Positions 39,149 through 52,300 of a stretch of DNA of 64,000 bases are shown here, one piece after another (the first letter of the stretch is position 1; each line of letters begins with the position of its first letter). Under the pieces are notes generated by a model. The model was not told the origin of the DNA. It made no database searches and saw only the letters and a program-made list of their open reading frames with translations. Location of the stretch: assembly GCA_023229365.1 (NCBI GenBank), contig JALNZK010000014.1:6970-70969 (forward strand), given 5' to 3'. The DNA comes from Pseudomonadota bacterium. Its GTDB lineage: Bacteria; Myxococcota_A; Polyangia; JAAYKL01. Position numbers and translations under genes: made by a program.

Positions 39149-40054
39149 ATGGTGCTTAAATTTGGTGCGTTAACTTCTGATAAGGACGCAATGAAAAAAG
39201 ACATTGTTAAGCGGATTTTATATACCGAAGCTGAAACAATGCTTGAAATGGGCAGAGCTGTTGTAGTTCAGGGAATAGATCAGCTGAGTTATGGGATGAC
39301 ATTTCCCACGGTTGAGAGGCTTGATCCTCAACAGGTAACAGAAGGAACAATTGCTGATTACCAGAAACTTAGCTGGGCAGAGTTTTATGGGAGCATGAAA
39401 AAGTTCCAGGATATCATTCTGACGACTGATGAAGCAAATGCCAGAAACCAGATGAATATCCAGATGCCATATACCATGACTGCAATTGCAAGAGGTCTGG
39501 CATGGGCAAAAGATAAGGAGATAAAGACCGTTGTAAAAGCTGCTGCTGGAAAGACGGTTAGTGTGTCTGCTTATTGGGATGACCCGGTTTCGAGCAACTT
39601 GCCTAAGGATATTGCTGAAGCTATGGCATTTGCTCTTTCGACTACCTATATGAATGTGGTTGATTTAAAAGGTGGAATATTGTTTTATCCTGCTGAGCTT
39701 TGGGCATTTATGAATCAGCCTGCAAGACCAAACGAATATACCATGCTTGGTATGAGTCCTATTGAATGGGTTCAGCAGAAATATGGAGTCACATTTATTC
39801 CAACCAGGCAACTTGACGCAGAAGCAATGTTGGTATTTCCAGGACAGTGGACTGCACTTCATATGATATATATGGGTGGAGATATTCCGCTTGTTGAGTA
39901 TGCAAGAGAGTACGGAACCGGTAACAAGTTCTATGTAACTCAGATGTACTCGACTCTTGCTATGCCGAATAGCACTACTGATAGACTTAAGAATAACCGG
40001 ATTATTTTGTTAAGTGGCGTATGTCAGACTAGAGCTACAAGAGCATCTAGTTAA
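39149..40054 (+). CDS. major capsid protein (HK97-like, inferred)
   Basis: 301 aa, SD AGGAG, directly after the protease-scaffold genes. Confidence 0.55.
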   Translation: MVLKFGALTSDKDAMKKDIVKRILYTEAETMLEMGRAVVVQGIDQLSYGMTFPTVERLDPQQVTEGTIADYQKLSWAEFYGSMKKFQDIILTTDEANARNQMNIQMPYTMTAIARGLAWAKDKEIKTVVKAAAGKTVSVSAYWDDPVSSNLPKDIAEAMAFALSTTYMNVVDLKGGILFYPAELWAFMNQPARPNEYTMLGMSPIEWVQQKYGVTFIPTRQLDAEAMLVFPGQWTALHMIYMGGDIPLVEYAREYGTGNKFYVTQMYSTLAMPNSTTDRLKNNRIILLSGVCQTRATRASS

Positions 40055-40067
40055 GGAGGGATCCATT

Positions 40068-40478
40068 ATGGATCTCTCTATTATAGTCGATCGGGTTATT
40101 GATAATTTACATGGAATAACTCAGTCATATCTTGATGAAAAATTTGTAAGGAATGACGCCAGAAGAGCTTATTCATTTGTAAACTTTTATCTGCCTGCTG
40201 ATTCTGATGCTACTGATGATCAGGTTTATGATGCAGTTGAAGCATTAACTACGTTTTATTCATATGTTACATGGACAACATTGGTAGAACCAGAATTGGG
40301 ATATTTACCTGCTGCAAACATGAACAAAGCAGCGATGTTGAGATCTACGGCAAAAGGTATGATTCAGATGTTGACGTCATTTCCGCTTACAGATGAGTTA
40401 ACTATTGATATGAAAGTGATGTCTAAACGAACGGTATGTTGTTTTGGACTCACAAAATCTGTTGCTGATCCGATATGA
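40068..40478 (+). CDS. head-tail connector/adaptor protein (start at MDLSII after TAAGGAGGGATCC)
   Basis: Strong SD. Synteny. Confidence 0.45.
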   Translation: MDLSIIVDRVIDNLHGITQSYLDEKFVRNDARRAYSFVNFYLPADSDATDDQVYDAVEALTTFYSYVTWTTLVEPELGYLPAANMNKAAMLRSTAKGMIQMLTSFPLTDELTIDMKVMSKRTVCCFGLTKSVADPI

Positions 40479-41095
40479 CAGAAATACTTAAGGTGTATGA
40501 ATATGGGAATCCGGGGTTATTGGGTAGCGTGGACTATGATGATTATAGATTGGCACTTTTAATGGCCGGAGATAATCTGATATTTTTTTGGAACAACCGG
40601 GTAAAATATTATTTTAGACGGAGTGAAAATCAAAGTCTGTTTAAGAAAGGATCTAAATTTAAGCTGGTGTCGCCATCTAAATCGTCTGTGCTTCAGAATG
40701 CATTGTTGAAGCCTACAATAAACGCTAGAAATATGGGGATATTGGGGTTAAAAAATGTTGTGAAGAAAAATCCAAATGGGACTTCCGTTCAGCTTATTAA
40801 GGCGTTGTCTCATGGTGTTCCTGGAAGAGATGGGATGCATTATGATCCATTTTCTGGGGTTATGGAAAAAGGTGGAAAATGGAAAGGATTTAGCGCGGAG
40901 TATTGGAGACGATGGGATACTGTATTTACGAATAGGTGTAGGGAGGAGAGCGATAGGATTGCAGGGTATGTTGCGGATATAAAGGGAGCTGGTTATGAGG
41001 ATAAGGAAGGACATGCATTTAGCAATTCTGGTGAGGTTGTTAAGGCATATCTGAATAGAGGAGTGGAAAGTACAAGATCACTTACACGGTTTTAA
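40475..41095 (+). CDS. head closure or neck protein
   Basis: ATGA overlap. Synteny. Confidence 0.4.
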   Translation: MTEILKVYEYGNPGLLGSVDYDDYRLALLMAGDNLIFFWNNRVKYYFRRSENQSLFKKGSKFKLVSPSKSSVLQNALLKPTINARNMGILGLKNVVKKNPNGTSVQLIKALSHGVPGRDGMHYDPFSGVMEKGGKWKGFSAEYWRRWDTVFTNRCREESDRIAGYVADIKGAGYEDKEGHAFSNSGEVVKAYLNRGVESTRSLTRF

Positions 41096-41097
41096 GT

Positions 41098-41478
41098 ATG
41101 GAAGAAAATGTTGACGAGTATAAGAGTTTGATTGGAAAGTGTCTTAAGGACTTAGGATATAAGATATTTTATTCAAAGAAGGATAGTATGGCACCAAACG
41201 AGTGTGCCATATATTATACGGATGTAGATCTTGAACTTGAAACTACGGAGGACTATATTCAGTGGAACACACTGGTTATACAATGGGAGGAGAAAATAGA
41301 TACAAATCTTAGGCTCCAGGTAAGGAGAATGGTGGAAAATGTTGAGAAGACCGTTAAGTTAAGCGGAGTGCTTCATGTATCTAGCTTTATGTTTGGGAAA
41401 GTAAAAATAATAGATTTAGGAACATCGTATAGATCCGTAATGACTGTATCGTTTAGGGAATTAGTAAGTCATGGGTGA
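41098..41478 (+). CDS. tail completion or neck protein
   Basis: Synteny. Confidence 0.4.
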   Translation: MEENVDEYKSLIGKCLKDLGYKIFYSKKDSMAPNECAIYYTDVDLELETTEDYIQWNTLVIQWEEKIDTNLRLQVRRMVENVEKTVKLSGVLHVSSFMFGKVKIIDLGTSYRSVMTVSFRELVSHG

Positions 41479-41484
41479 AAATAA

Positions 41485-42510
41485 ATGACAGATAGATTGG
41501 TTGCAATTGCAATAAATTCTACTTCTGATTATGGAGTAACCACCATCGGAACTGATATCGCCGGAACTTATTATAAGTTCAGGGGTAGTGCTGATACTGA
41601 TGGGGTGAACAGGACTCCTATATCAGAAGAGAACATGGATACTATGGCACCGGGTGAAATAGACGGTGGTGGATATGCTGTTACCGGTAATATTGATGGA
41701 ACACTTAGGACTGATCCTGGGACTCTTAATCTGATTAGTTGTTTCATGGGGGTTCAAGCTAGTGGAACAACCGCCGGTACTTATTATATGACGAATATCC
41801 CGCTTACCACATGCACGTTGCTTGTGTATGATGAGCAGGCAAATGATAATGCCGGGGTTGCCACATATTATACCGGTGTCGGGATGACGTCCATGGAAAT
41901 AAGCTGTAAGGTAGAAGATTACGCCAAGCTTAAGTTTGCATGGATTGGAAGACGGGCTATAACAGTTCATGGGGCATTATCGGCTGCACCAACGGAACCA
42001 ACCTGGACAAGTTTTCCGATGTCAGTATATTATAATGCAGTGTTGACATTTGGAGGAACTGTCTTACAGACCAAAGGAATTACTGTTAAGGCTGAGAGAA
42101 AATATGCTCAGGATTACAGGTTCTTGGGGTCACAGTTTTTGCAGGGCTTGTATATTAACGGTATGAGCAACCTTTCAGGAACTATGGATATTGGAGCTGG
42201 TGAATGGGATCTCGTAAGTCAGATCATTAATGGGTCCTCAATTGGCGGTGCTCTCGATTCAGGTCATACGGAGTTTGATGGTAGTCTGGCAAACACGATG
42301 GCCTCTGGAGAATTGAAGTTGAAGTTCTATAGGCCGGCTGGTAGCGGTGCGACAAATGGACTGCTTTTGACTGTTACGATAGCTAAATGTGTTGTTACTG
42401 ATTTTAACCGGAGTGTCCAGAACCGGAATATGTGGGAAAAGACCGTGAATTGGAAAGCTGCACTACCTACAAGTGCTGATTTCAGTATTACTGTGGCAGC
42501 AGTAACATAA
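41485..42510 (+). CDS. major tail (tube) protein
   Basis: 341 aa, Gly/Thr-rich, directly before the chaperone pair and the TMP. Confidence 0.5.
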   Translation: MTDRLVAIAINSTSDYGVTTIGTDIAGTYYKFRGSADTDGVNRTPISEENMDTMAPGEIDGGGYAVTGNIDGTLRTDPGTLNLISCFMGVQASGTTAGTYYMTNIPLTTCTLLVYDEQANDNAGVATYYTGVGMTSMEISCKVEDYAKLKFAWIGRRAITVHGALSAAPTEPTWTSFPMSVYYNAVLTFGGTVLQTKGITVKAERKYAQDYRFLGSQFLQGLYINGMSNLSGTMDIGAGEWDLVSQIINGSSIGGALDSGHTEFDGSLANTMASGELKLKFYRPAGSGATNGLLLTVTIAKCVVTDFNRSVQNRNMWEKTVNWKAALPTSADFSITVAAVT

Positions 42511-42557
42511 TTACTTTTTTTCGATATATTGATATCCAGGTAATATCATTATATCTT

Positions 42558-43097
42558 ATGGGTTTTGATAAAGAATCTGGACAGATTATCGAATGCAAAG
42601 ATAATATTATGAAGGTACTTATTCCATCCACTGGAAACGTATATAAGATCCAGGAGCCTGTTGGGAATCTTGCACCTGATCATTTTATTTTGATGTCTAA
42701 AGGAGTTCCTATGGACATGCAGTTTGAGGATGAGAGAGTTCCAAAATATGAATATCCCAGGGATGAAAACGGAGATATTATCGAAGGAGCAGAGAGAATT
42801 CCAGTATTTAAGACAAATGAAGATGGGACGTTTAAGATTGATGAAGATGGAGATCCCATTCCGGTGATGACAAAGGTTAGAACGCCTAGGTGGTCTGATG
42901 CAAACTGGAGAAATTTATTCGAGGCATTTAAAGCATGGTGCGAAAATATACTGAATAAACCGGGTGCCGTGGTTGTAGAAGGACTACCGTTTGATAAGAT
43001 GCCTCCTGCTGACATGTTTGGGATTTTTATGGCGCTATACAACAGGTGTAATAGTGGCGTTACGCCCTTTCGGTTACTTGTCGGTGATGGCGTCTAA
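42558..43097 (+). CDS. tail assembly chaperone (G-like)
   Basis: Between the major tail protein and the TMP. Overlapped by a +1-frame ORF. Confidence 0.5.
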   Translation: MGFDKESGQIIECKDNIMKVLIPSTGNVYKIQEPVGNLAPDHFILMSKGVPMDMQFEDERVPKYEYPRDENGDIIEGAERIPVFKTNEDGTFKIDEDGDPIPVMTKVRTPRWSDANWRNLFEAFKAWCENILNKPGAVVVEGLPFDKMPPADMFGIFMALYNRCNSGVTPFRLLVGDGV

Positions 43098-43284
43098 AGA
43101 GAAAGGACAAGAACAGAAACGAGTAAACAGTCTGATGGATAGCCTCAATGATATAGGTGAGCGATATCATATAAGGCCAACTTCTATTTTTGGATGGGAC
43201 GATCCTAAAGATTGGTATAGGCGATTGTTGTTTGACCTCTACATAGTTAATAATACTAGGAAAGAATCAAATTCTAGTAATTAA
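42991..43284 (+). CDS. frameshift extension ORF of the tail assembly chaperone (GT-like)
   Basis: The +1 frame overlaps the 3' end of 42558..43097. Classic chaperone architecture. Confidence 0.4.
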   Translation: MIRCLLLTCLGFLWRYTTGVIVALRPFGYLSVMASKEKGQEQKRVNSLMDSLNDIGERYHIRPTSIFGWDDPKDWYRRLLFDLYIVNNTRKESNSSN

Positions 43285-43302
43285 TATTAGAGGTTTTATT
43301 TT

Positions 43303-46300
43303 ATGGTGGATCCTAAAAAAAATATCAATGATAATGTAAGAGTTAAGATCTTGCTTGACGCCGCAAAGAAAGGCGATGAGAATCTTGAGCACATTAGAAC
43401 GCGATATAAGGATGCCATAAAGGAGTATGGGGCCGATGAAGACATCATACTTGTTAATCCTAAGCTGGTGAGTGATCGCAAAGAGCTTAATGACATGATG
43501 CAACATGTCATGCTGGATAAAACTTTTGCTGTGGATACCGAGGTAAATCCTAGGGCCGGAAAACCCGGGACTATTCAAATTGCATCTAGATCAGGTGTAC
43601 ATACTATTGCGGTTAATGCATTTAGAGAAAACGAAGCGGATATGACATATCTTAGAAATAAGATAGGGTCGTTGTTAAACCGGGATGACGTGCATTCATA
43701 TTACCATAATAGAATGTTTGATATGGACTTTCTCACCAGGGATGGGTTTAATCTGGCATTGACAAATTCAGGGGGGGAAGTTACAGCACATGATACAGTT
43801 GCATTGGCATCCAGACTTGGGAAGGCAAACTTGCTTGCTAATCCAGAAATGGGAAATTCTCTGGCATCATTTGTACTGAGATCTTTGGGAAAATATCTGC
43901 CTAAGAAGTTGTCTGGGTCTGGATTTGGATTTAACTATAATGTTGAGACATCCAAAACCAAAGATTTTGATAAGTGGTTTCTTAGGTATGGTGCTGGAGA
44001 TGCACTAGCACTGTATGAAGTGGTATCTAAGTATTATGGAGAGCACAATGATCTTAAGAACCTGAAGAATATTGGAGCATCCAAGGATCAGATTGATTTT
44101 ATAAATAAGATTGATGAGATAGAGCATGCAAAGAGATCAATGTTTAGGCCACCGCCTAGTGTTCAGGATTTCATGGAAGGACGGAATATTATAGCAACCA
44201 GGGTTAAAAAGGGAAATGATGGGAAGTTATATGTTGAAAGTTATTTGTCACCGTCTGATGAATCCCAAAATGCAGTGATGAATTACCTAAGCGACAATAA
44301 TATTTTAGATATTAAAAAAAAGCACGAAACAGGAATATTGGAAAAGGCAGCAGCAGTAGGAGTAAAACTAAAAAAAGGAGAAATTGCAGAGGAAGTAAAT
44401 CTAAAAGCAGAAAGAGAAATAGCAAGTTATCTGCATACAAACCACGGAATAGACATTTATAAAGCAGTTGCAGATGCATTATCCGGAACTGCAAAGACCG
44501 ATGTAAAATCCGGGATTAATCCAATTGCAAGGATGTATGCAAAGGGTGTAGCCGGAAGACTTGGGATGTTTAGATCCAACCGGGTGTATGTATCTGATGC
44601 ATATCGAAACAAACCTGGGCAGGGCGGATCATATGCTAAATATGCCAGTGCATACAGCAAGGACAACAAGATTGGAATTGGATATATTCCGGAAATAAGA
44701 AGCGGGGATTTTTCAATTGTAAAGGCATTCAGACAGATGTATGAAGCATCTCCCGAATACCTGATGAAATCTGTGGGGCACTTTGTTAAAGGGGATATAA
44801 ACAAGGGAAATGTAGAATCTGCAACATCTGACATATTTAATAGGGTAAAGAGTCTGCCTACCGATATAAACGAGGTAAAGAATTATTTTGGTGCATTGGG
44901 AATTTCACCTGATGTTATTGATGCAAACCCGGAGATGTGGATTAGGGATTATCATAGACATGGCCTTGTGGGAACATGGCTTGGACTTAGTAATGTGGCA
45001 AAAGGATTGACTGGAAAGAAAAGTATAGAACGAAATGTGGTTGGTGCAATTAAACAGGTTGGGTTTGATCCTACAACCGGAGATCCTATTTATGCAAGGA
45101 AGTTACAGGAATCGAAGTCTGAAATATCGGAGTCCGGATTAAACTCGTTGCTTAATGGAGTATATGAATCGTTTGCCGGGATAAAAATAGCAAAACATAG
45201 TGTTCCAGGATTTACTCCCGGAAAGTCTGCTGCTGCATTTGGATCGTTGCTTGGTAGTGGAAGAGCTGTTGAAATTATAACAAAGATGGGATTACCGGAA
45301 AGTGTGGCTGCCATACCAGGAAAGTTTAGATTCAGACAGCAATTGATGTCATCTGCTGTTAATTATGGTGCGGCATATGAGAACATGGACGAGCGGATGC
45401 AATCCGTAAATGCAATCAACACACCCGAAATGAATGAGTTATATGGGGAAACAGAGCTGCTTAACAAGATGCCTATACGATCCAGGTTTAAAGAAGGAGA
45501 TGTTGATGAATCACATAGAGAACGGTTGAGATCATTGGGATTTGAACCTGAAAAGATTGAAGAACTGGTTGCAAATGGCGGAGAAATATTAAGAGAGGCA
45601 CTGACATCCCCGGTATTGTATGGAAAAGGAAACGAATGGTGGAAACAGTCCAGAATTATTGTTACAGATGATGTAAAGCAGAAGTTTACTGACTTGTGGG
45701 AAAATATTGAGAATTATTCGCCTGAAGTTCAGAATAAGATACGATCTGCTCTTGCTATAGGAACAAAAGGGCCGTTTAGAGATGCAAACGGACTGGTGCA
45801 GGTTGGAGATCTTGATACCAGGATGGTGGGACATAATAAGAATTATGAGTTATCCACAGGGTTCTATCAGGGAACTGTAGGTCAGGAAATAACATCTATG
45901 CTGACTGATAAGCAGTTTAGACATGAGGCATTTATTGAAAATATACCAAAGATGATTCCAGAAATTTATGCAAGCGGCGATAAGGGAATTACACCCGGTG
46001 GAAGATCGCAATATATAAAAGACTCCTATGATTTTTTTGCTCAGATAGGACTGCTTAAGAGCATTCCGGATAAAAAAGTGGGAATCAAAGCAGCAAAAGG
46101 CATCAAAAACACCATATTAACTGAAATGAGTTATAGGAAGGCATATGGGAAAAATGTACTTAGTGATGCTGAAGTTCTGAAGATGTCTCGTTTGTTTAAT
46201 TTAGTGATGTCAAAAAGAGTTGCCAGAGACGAAACTATAATGAGGGCAGATCTAGACAAAAGTCTTGATTATATAGGGAATATTAAGAACGAGGTTGGAT

Positions 46301-49300
46301 ATAACCCCAATGTATTGCATGGATCTTATAGAAATTATAATGAAGAAACAGGAATGAGTACCATTGTACCATATCAGACATTATCTACACTCCCGACGAT
46401 GAGTGAAAAGGAAGCCAGGAAACTGGAAGGAAGTTATATAAACAGAGTTAAGGAACTGTCTGAAGTAATAAGGCCGAAAGAATTGTTGCAAGTAGAAAAG
46501 TTTATTTCTGGAATAGAAAAGGGATATGCCCCAAATGCAACTGAGTCTGTTAATGCAGCATCAATATATGACACGGTGAAGAAGCTGGGATTGAATGAAG
46601 ACGATGCATATTCGTTGGTAAATAATGCCACAACTGAGGCTTATGATATAGGACAGGCGTTTTCTCCGGAATCAAAAATTCCTGCTACCTTGGCAGTCAG
46701 CAGAACGTTATTTCCACCATTAAAAAAGGCAATTGCCTCTGTTATTCCAGATGTTGCACCGGTCATTTCAGATACAGGAGTTGGAAGATCTCATTCTCCG
46801 CTACTGAACGCAATATTTGATATATCGTCTGAGACTGGAGGACGAACTCCATTAATGTCTCACCCCATTGGTATAACCGATCCGGATGTTTTAATGTCTA
46901 TGCTGGAGTCTGGTGCAATAACGGATAAAGAATATGCAAAGGCTGTTGTGTTGTCTGCGAAACCAATTACAGATCAGAAAGGAACTAGATGGGAAAAACA
47001 TATTCCGAGGGCATTTGCAGATATTTCTAAAGTTGATTTCTCCAGTGGATTTATACGACCGCCTAATGTAGGAGATGAATATATTCAGACACGTGGATCT
47101 GGTCCATCTCGTTTATACTACAGTACATTCCGGGGAATGATGGGAGAAACCTTGTCTGTAATGGCTGAGAATGCAGCACGTAAGAAACAAGATTTGAGAA
47201 GGCTCGAGAGCGAACGGGTTTTAGATAAGCTTGCTGGATCTCATTCCATTCAGGTTGATTACTTGAAAGGACACAAGGTTGCTACCGGTGCAAATGCTGT
47301 GATGGAAGAAGGAAAGGTTGGAAATCTTGTTAAGACATATGAGACATATAACAAGGTTTCTGATGCTATAGGAGAGAGACACAGCGATATAATAAAGCCA
47401 GGATATGTTCCTAAGAAAACAATATCAAGAAATCGCATACTTGGGGAATATTCTCCAGAAACAGCAAATGTTAGATATAATAGAGACATTGGACAGATAA
47501 TTGGAAGCGTATCTGATTATGCTGGAATGGCTAAAGATGTTGGAGGATTTAAAGATAGCAAGGAGGCATTAAAGAAGGCTCCTGGAATCATATCAAAGTT
47601 TTTAAACATATGGGGTCCAAGGAAACCAGACACTTGGAAAAGCAGTGATGCCAGATTGTTTGCTCCTGGATATTATCCAGAAAATGATGTGTCTGATTTG
47701 GTTTCCATAGATTTTTGGATGAACAAAGAGTTGGAGCGGGTATGGAGTGGAAAGACTCCATTTAGTCTGATGCCGAAGGGAGAGAACGAAGATATAAAAG
47801 GGTCTGATATATTTGGACTGGACTTTACCAGGGAAACCACAACCGAGAGTTCAAAGGACTTTAAGAGAATAAGCAGAGATGTAATGGAGAAATCAATTCT
47901 CCAGTCCATTAAGGAATCTGATAACCCGGTTGAACTTATAAATCAAATGCATAGATCTATTGAAGGATTCAATCAATGGAAGAAAGAAGGGGTTGAGGGA
48001 ACTTATCCATATATTCCAGATTACTTGGCATTGTCTAAATCACCAGGTATGAGTTCTGGATTGGGAACTTCGCTATTTGACTGGCTTACAAAAGGCAATA
48101 CAAAGGAGTTATCTGCTGCATTTTCTGAGAATGAGAAAGGATATGGTACGTTGTCCAGTATGCTTGAGGAGGTTGCGGAGATACAAGAAAGCGGGATGTT
48201 AAATGGAAAAAGGATAGGGAAAGACGCATCCGATTATGATGTGGTATCTCACGTAATAAATAAATACAGGACTGGAGAAACCGGAGAAATAAGTCTTGAA
48301 TATCTTGATGCGGTTAACTTGGTTTCTGGATATAGACCATTAAGACCTGAATATGGAATACAACATGTTAATCCATATTATAAGGGAATACCAAGGAAGT
48401 TGTCTGAATATAATCCACGCGATTATGGACTTGGGATGAAAAGCGGGAGATCATCTGTGCTTACTGATCTGTACTCAGATGTCATTGATTACAGTAAGGG
48501 TAGAAGTATTGGATTTAGACTGCCTAAATTTGGAAAAGGAACTCCAAATATAAATGGAATTACATTATCTGGTAAGGCATTTGGATTATCGGTGGTAGGC
48601 GATGGCGGACCTGAAATATCAATCTCAGATGATGGGACCATTAGAACCCACAATACGGAAGAAGTGGTTAATTTTAGATCTCCTACTACTGTAATACCAA
48701 AGAATAGACTTCCACACTTTGCTTTTGGAACCCCAGACTTCAACAGAAATGACATAATACGGTCTATTGCGGAATCTATTGAAAATAGTTTTGAAGAATA
48801 TAATGCTCTTGGATCAGATTTATTATCAACAAAGGGAGTCACAAGGACCACCACACCGTCTGAAATCCAGTCGATAAAAAGTGTGGTGGCGGAACATATG
48901 AATTCCGGATTGGCTAAATCCGGGAAGCATCCTGAAAGGGCTGGGTTGTTTAGGACGGAAGGAAGTGGAATAATCAGTGGTATTGGAAGATTTATGGACT
49001 TTGGTAATACTGATTATACGCTTAGTGGTCCTGGTAATGTAAGAAAAGATATTGGGCGGCATGATATCATGGGACAAGATATATCTGGTAGAATCCAGAG
49101 AATGTCGGATGTCACAAATATCACAGATAATAGATTTATACGAAATAAAAACCGGGGGATTGCAGATGTATATGAAGATGCCACCATTCCTGGAATTCAA
49201 AAAGTAGTAACATCATTGCCTCAGCCTGGTGGAGTCGCACAATCCGGAGCAAGATTGTCTGCAACAGAAATTAATAGTCTTAAAGATATGCTGGGGGATT

Positions 49301-52300
49301 TAAATGCGTCGATGAGAGATCTTGGTAGCGATACTGATTATGGTGGATTCATTAAGAGTCTTGAAACATCAATTGGGGCAAACAGGGGTATTGATGTAAC
49401 AAAAGGTGTGGCAGAACAGTTTAAGCTACTTAGTGATCAGCTTAGGATTATTGTTCCGGAATTGAAGTCGTTTTCTGATGTTGCAAAGATAGAGAATATT
49501 GCAAAGGCAAGAAAGGTATCTCCTGAATATCAGGAAGAAATCATGAAAAAGGGGTACTTTAAGGAAGGCCCTATAAGCAGCATCAGATACATGATGGCAA
49601 AGAGGAGAGATCCCGGATTGACTCCGGAAGAATGGAATGCAGATAGGTTTGAAGCATCATTTTCAGAAAGCAGAGATCAGAGATTAGCTAGGTGGTTAAA
49701 GAAGAGGGCTTTGAAGGGGACCGAAGAAACTGAGACATTTGCATTCCAAGCCAATTATGCATTGGAGTCTCCAGCAGCTAAGTCGGAAATGACAAGGGTG
49801 CAGTCAGAGTTCTCTGCATTTGTATCTGAATTGTCTAAGATTGACAAAAATATTAAAATAAATACTCAGACGGGGACAAAATTCTCACCGGGCGAAAAGT
49901 CAAAACAAGTTGAGAGCGTCTTTGGGGAACAACTTGGGATGAATGTAGAGGTGAGTAAAGAAGCTCTGAGATTGAAGTTTGGCAAAGATTATAGGAAGAT
50001 ATTACAGGGTATGTTTGGGCCGTCTTTAATTGATCAGCCAGGATATATTTCAAATGCAAACCTGGATATTGTGGAAGGCAGGAGAACCACAAGACCTACA
50101 GAAGAATCATCTGGATATTTATCTGCATCTTCCACTCTTCAGGGATATGGCAGAAAAATGACGGCATTGAGCATGGGTGCAATGGGTACCTACTTTTCAA
50201 TAACTGGTATCTATAGTGTGATATCTCAAGGCGTTCGTATGGTAACCGATTCACTGAAGGATCTTAGTTCTCAGATGAAATCAATTGCCATAATGGATAA
50301 CTTCAGCAATGGGCTACTTAGATCTAAGGATATAATGGCTACGATGGGAATAACCCAGCAGGATTTCATTAATGGGTGGAAAGGCATAACATCTATCCAG
50401 GCATCGTTCCAGGTATTTTTGGGATCTATTGCTGCTAAGATGATGCAGGTAGGAGAAGACGGAACTTCAGCGTTCAAAACCATTGCTGATACACTGATGA
50501 AGGCATTTACAGATAAAAGAAGCATAGATGAATTGGTGAGTTCTGTTAAGACACTGGTTGTGGCGGGTGCAGAATTGCTACCGATGTTTATTGGGTTTGC
50601 TAAAACTCTTGCTAATCTGGTTGCTGGAATTGCAAAAAGTCCGTTTGCTCCACTTATTACTGGATTTACGCTTATTGCGTTTGTAATGCAACCGGTGCTT
50701 ACACTGATTGCTGTTACACTGGAAGGATTTGCATCATTGCTTACCCTTATGGCATTCATGGGTCCGGCAGCATCAACCGGAGCACTTGGAATGACACAGT
50801 TTGCAGCTGGTACCACAAGTGCAGCTGGTGGTGTAATGGTTCTTAATGGGGCATTGGGAACTACACTTGCAATGTTATCAACTGTAGTTGTGGTTGTAGG
50901 AGCTGCTGTTGCTGCTTGGCAGTTACTAGGAATGGCTATAAATTTTGCATCAAATAAAGAGGTTGTTCCTACCCCGGTTGGATTAATTGGGGGTGCACTT
51001 GGATTCAATAAGGGTGGATTGGTGGAGTGTTTTGCAGAGGGAGGAGAAAAAGGAACCGACATCGTTCCCTCAATGCTTACACCCGGGGAGTTTGTAGTTA
51101 GGAGAGATTCTGCTAAGAAGTTTGGATATGACAGGCTTGACAAAATTAATAAAATGGCAGATGGAGGTGTTGTAGGCGGACTGATGCCATCATCCTCTCC
51201 TGTTATGGATTCAGATAACCGGATGAATATAAACAATAAGTTTGGGTTGTTGACAAATGTGAGTGAGGCAGGAGCCAATGCAAATAAAAATACCGCAAAG
51301 ACGTTATCTGATGCAAGTGGAGGGAAATATCTTAATGTTAAGTTGTATGGAGAAGAAGGGCAGATCGGCGGTAAAGGCGATGTAGAAACTGAAGGTGGAT
51401 ATCTAGGAAATCTAATGGATACTCTAGGAAATGCAGCAGATGAATTTGCGAAGGGGCTATCTGATACATTTACCCCAAGTGGACTCAAGAATGTAGTAAC
51501 AACTGGAGCAGCTGGAGCAACGTTGTCTACTCCATTTAATGAACTTACTAAAAAAGTAAAGGAATGGTGGGATAAAATAGAATGGCCTGATGTCGGAAAA
51601 TGGATTAAAGAAAGATTTAAGTTTTTGGATGATACAGATCTTGGAGAAAAATTTAGGGAATTTAAGGAAAGGTTAATTGAGTTGACTACCGGAAAGGAGA
51701 GAACCGGTAGAACTGAGAATGTAGACATCGATAGGAATGAAAAGATAAAAGGAAGGAAGACACCTGGGGAAGAAAGTCTCGAAAGTAAAACTAATAAAAG
51801 GGTTGTAGACTGGTTTAGAGGGGATAAAGGATTAGAAGGCTGGGAAAAGGTAGATACAGGAACCGAAAAACAACCTAGCAGACCAAAGATGACCTGGTCA
51901 TATGAGAATGAATATGGGAATGTAGAGGCAGAAAAACCAATTTATGAACCAGGAAGAAATGCATTACCAAATCAAATATGGGAGGTAACTCCAGAAGGAG
52001 GTATAGGAAAAGGAGTTGAAACACCAGAGAGCGGGTTTAAAACCGCAAAGCCACCTGTTGGAGTTTCAACTACCCAAGAGATTATTGGTGGTGCTAAAGG
52101 AGGTGGTATTCTTGGTGGTATATTAGCTGCTGTGGATGAGATACTTGTAAAGGGAAAATCTCCGGTAGAGGCAGCACCTACGGTTGGAGTGAGTGCAGCA
52201 GCAGGAGCGGGACTTGGAGCTGCAACAGCTGCATTTCCTATTTTGGGTCTTCCAGTAGCTATGCTTTCTCATGAGTGGATGGCAAACTTCGGCGCAAATG

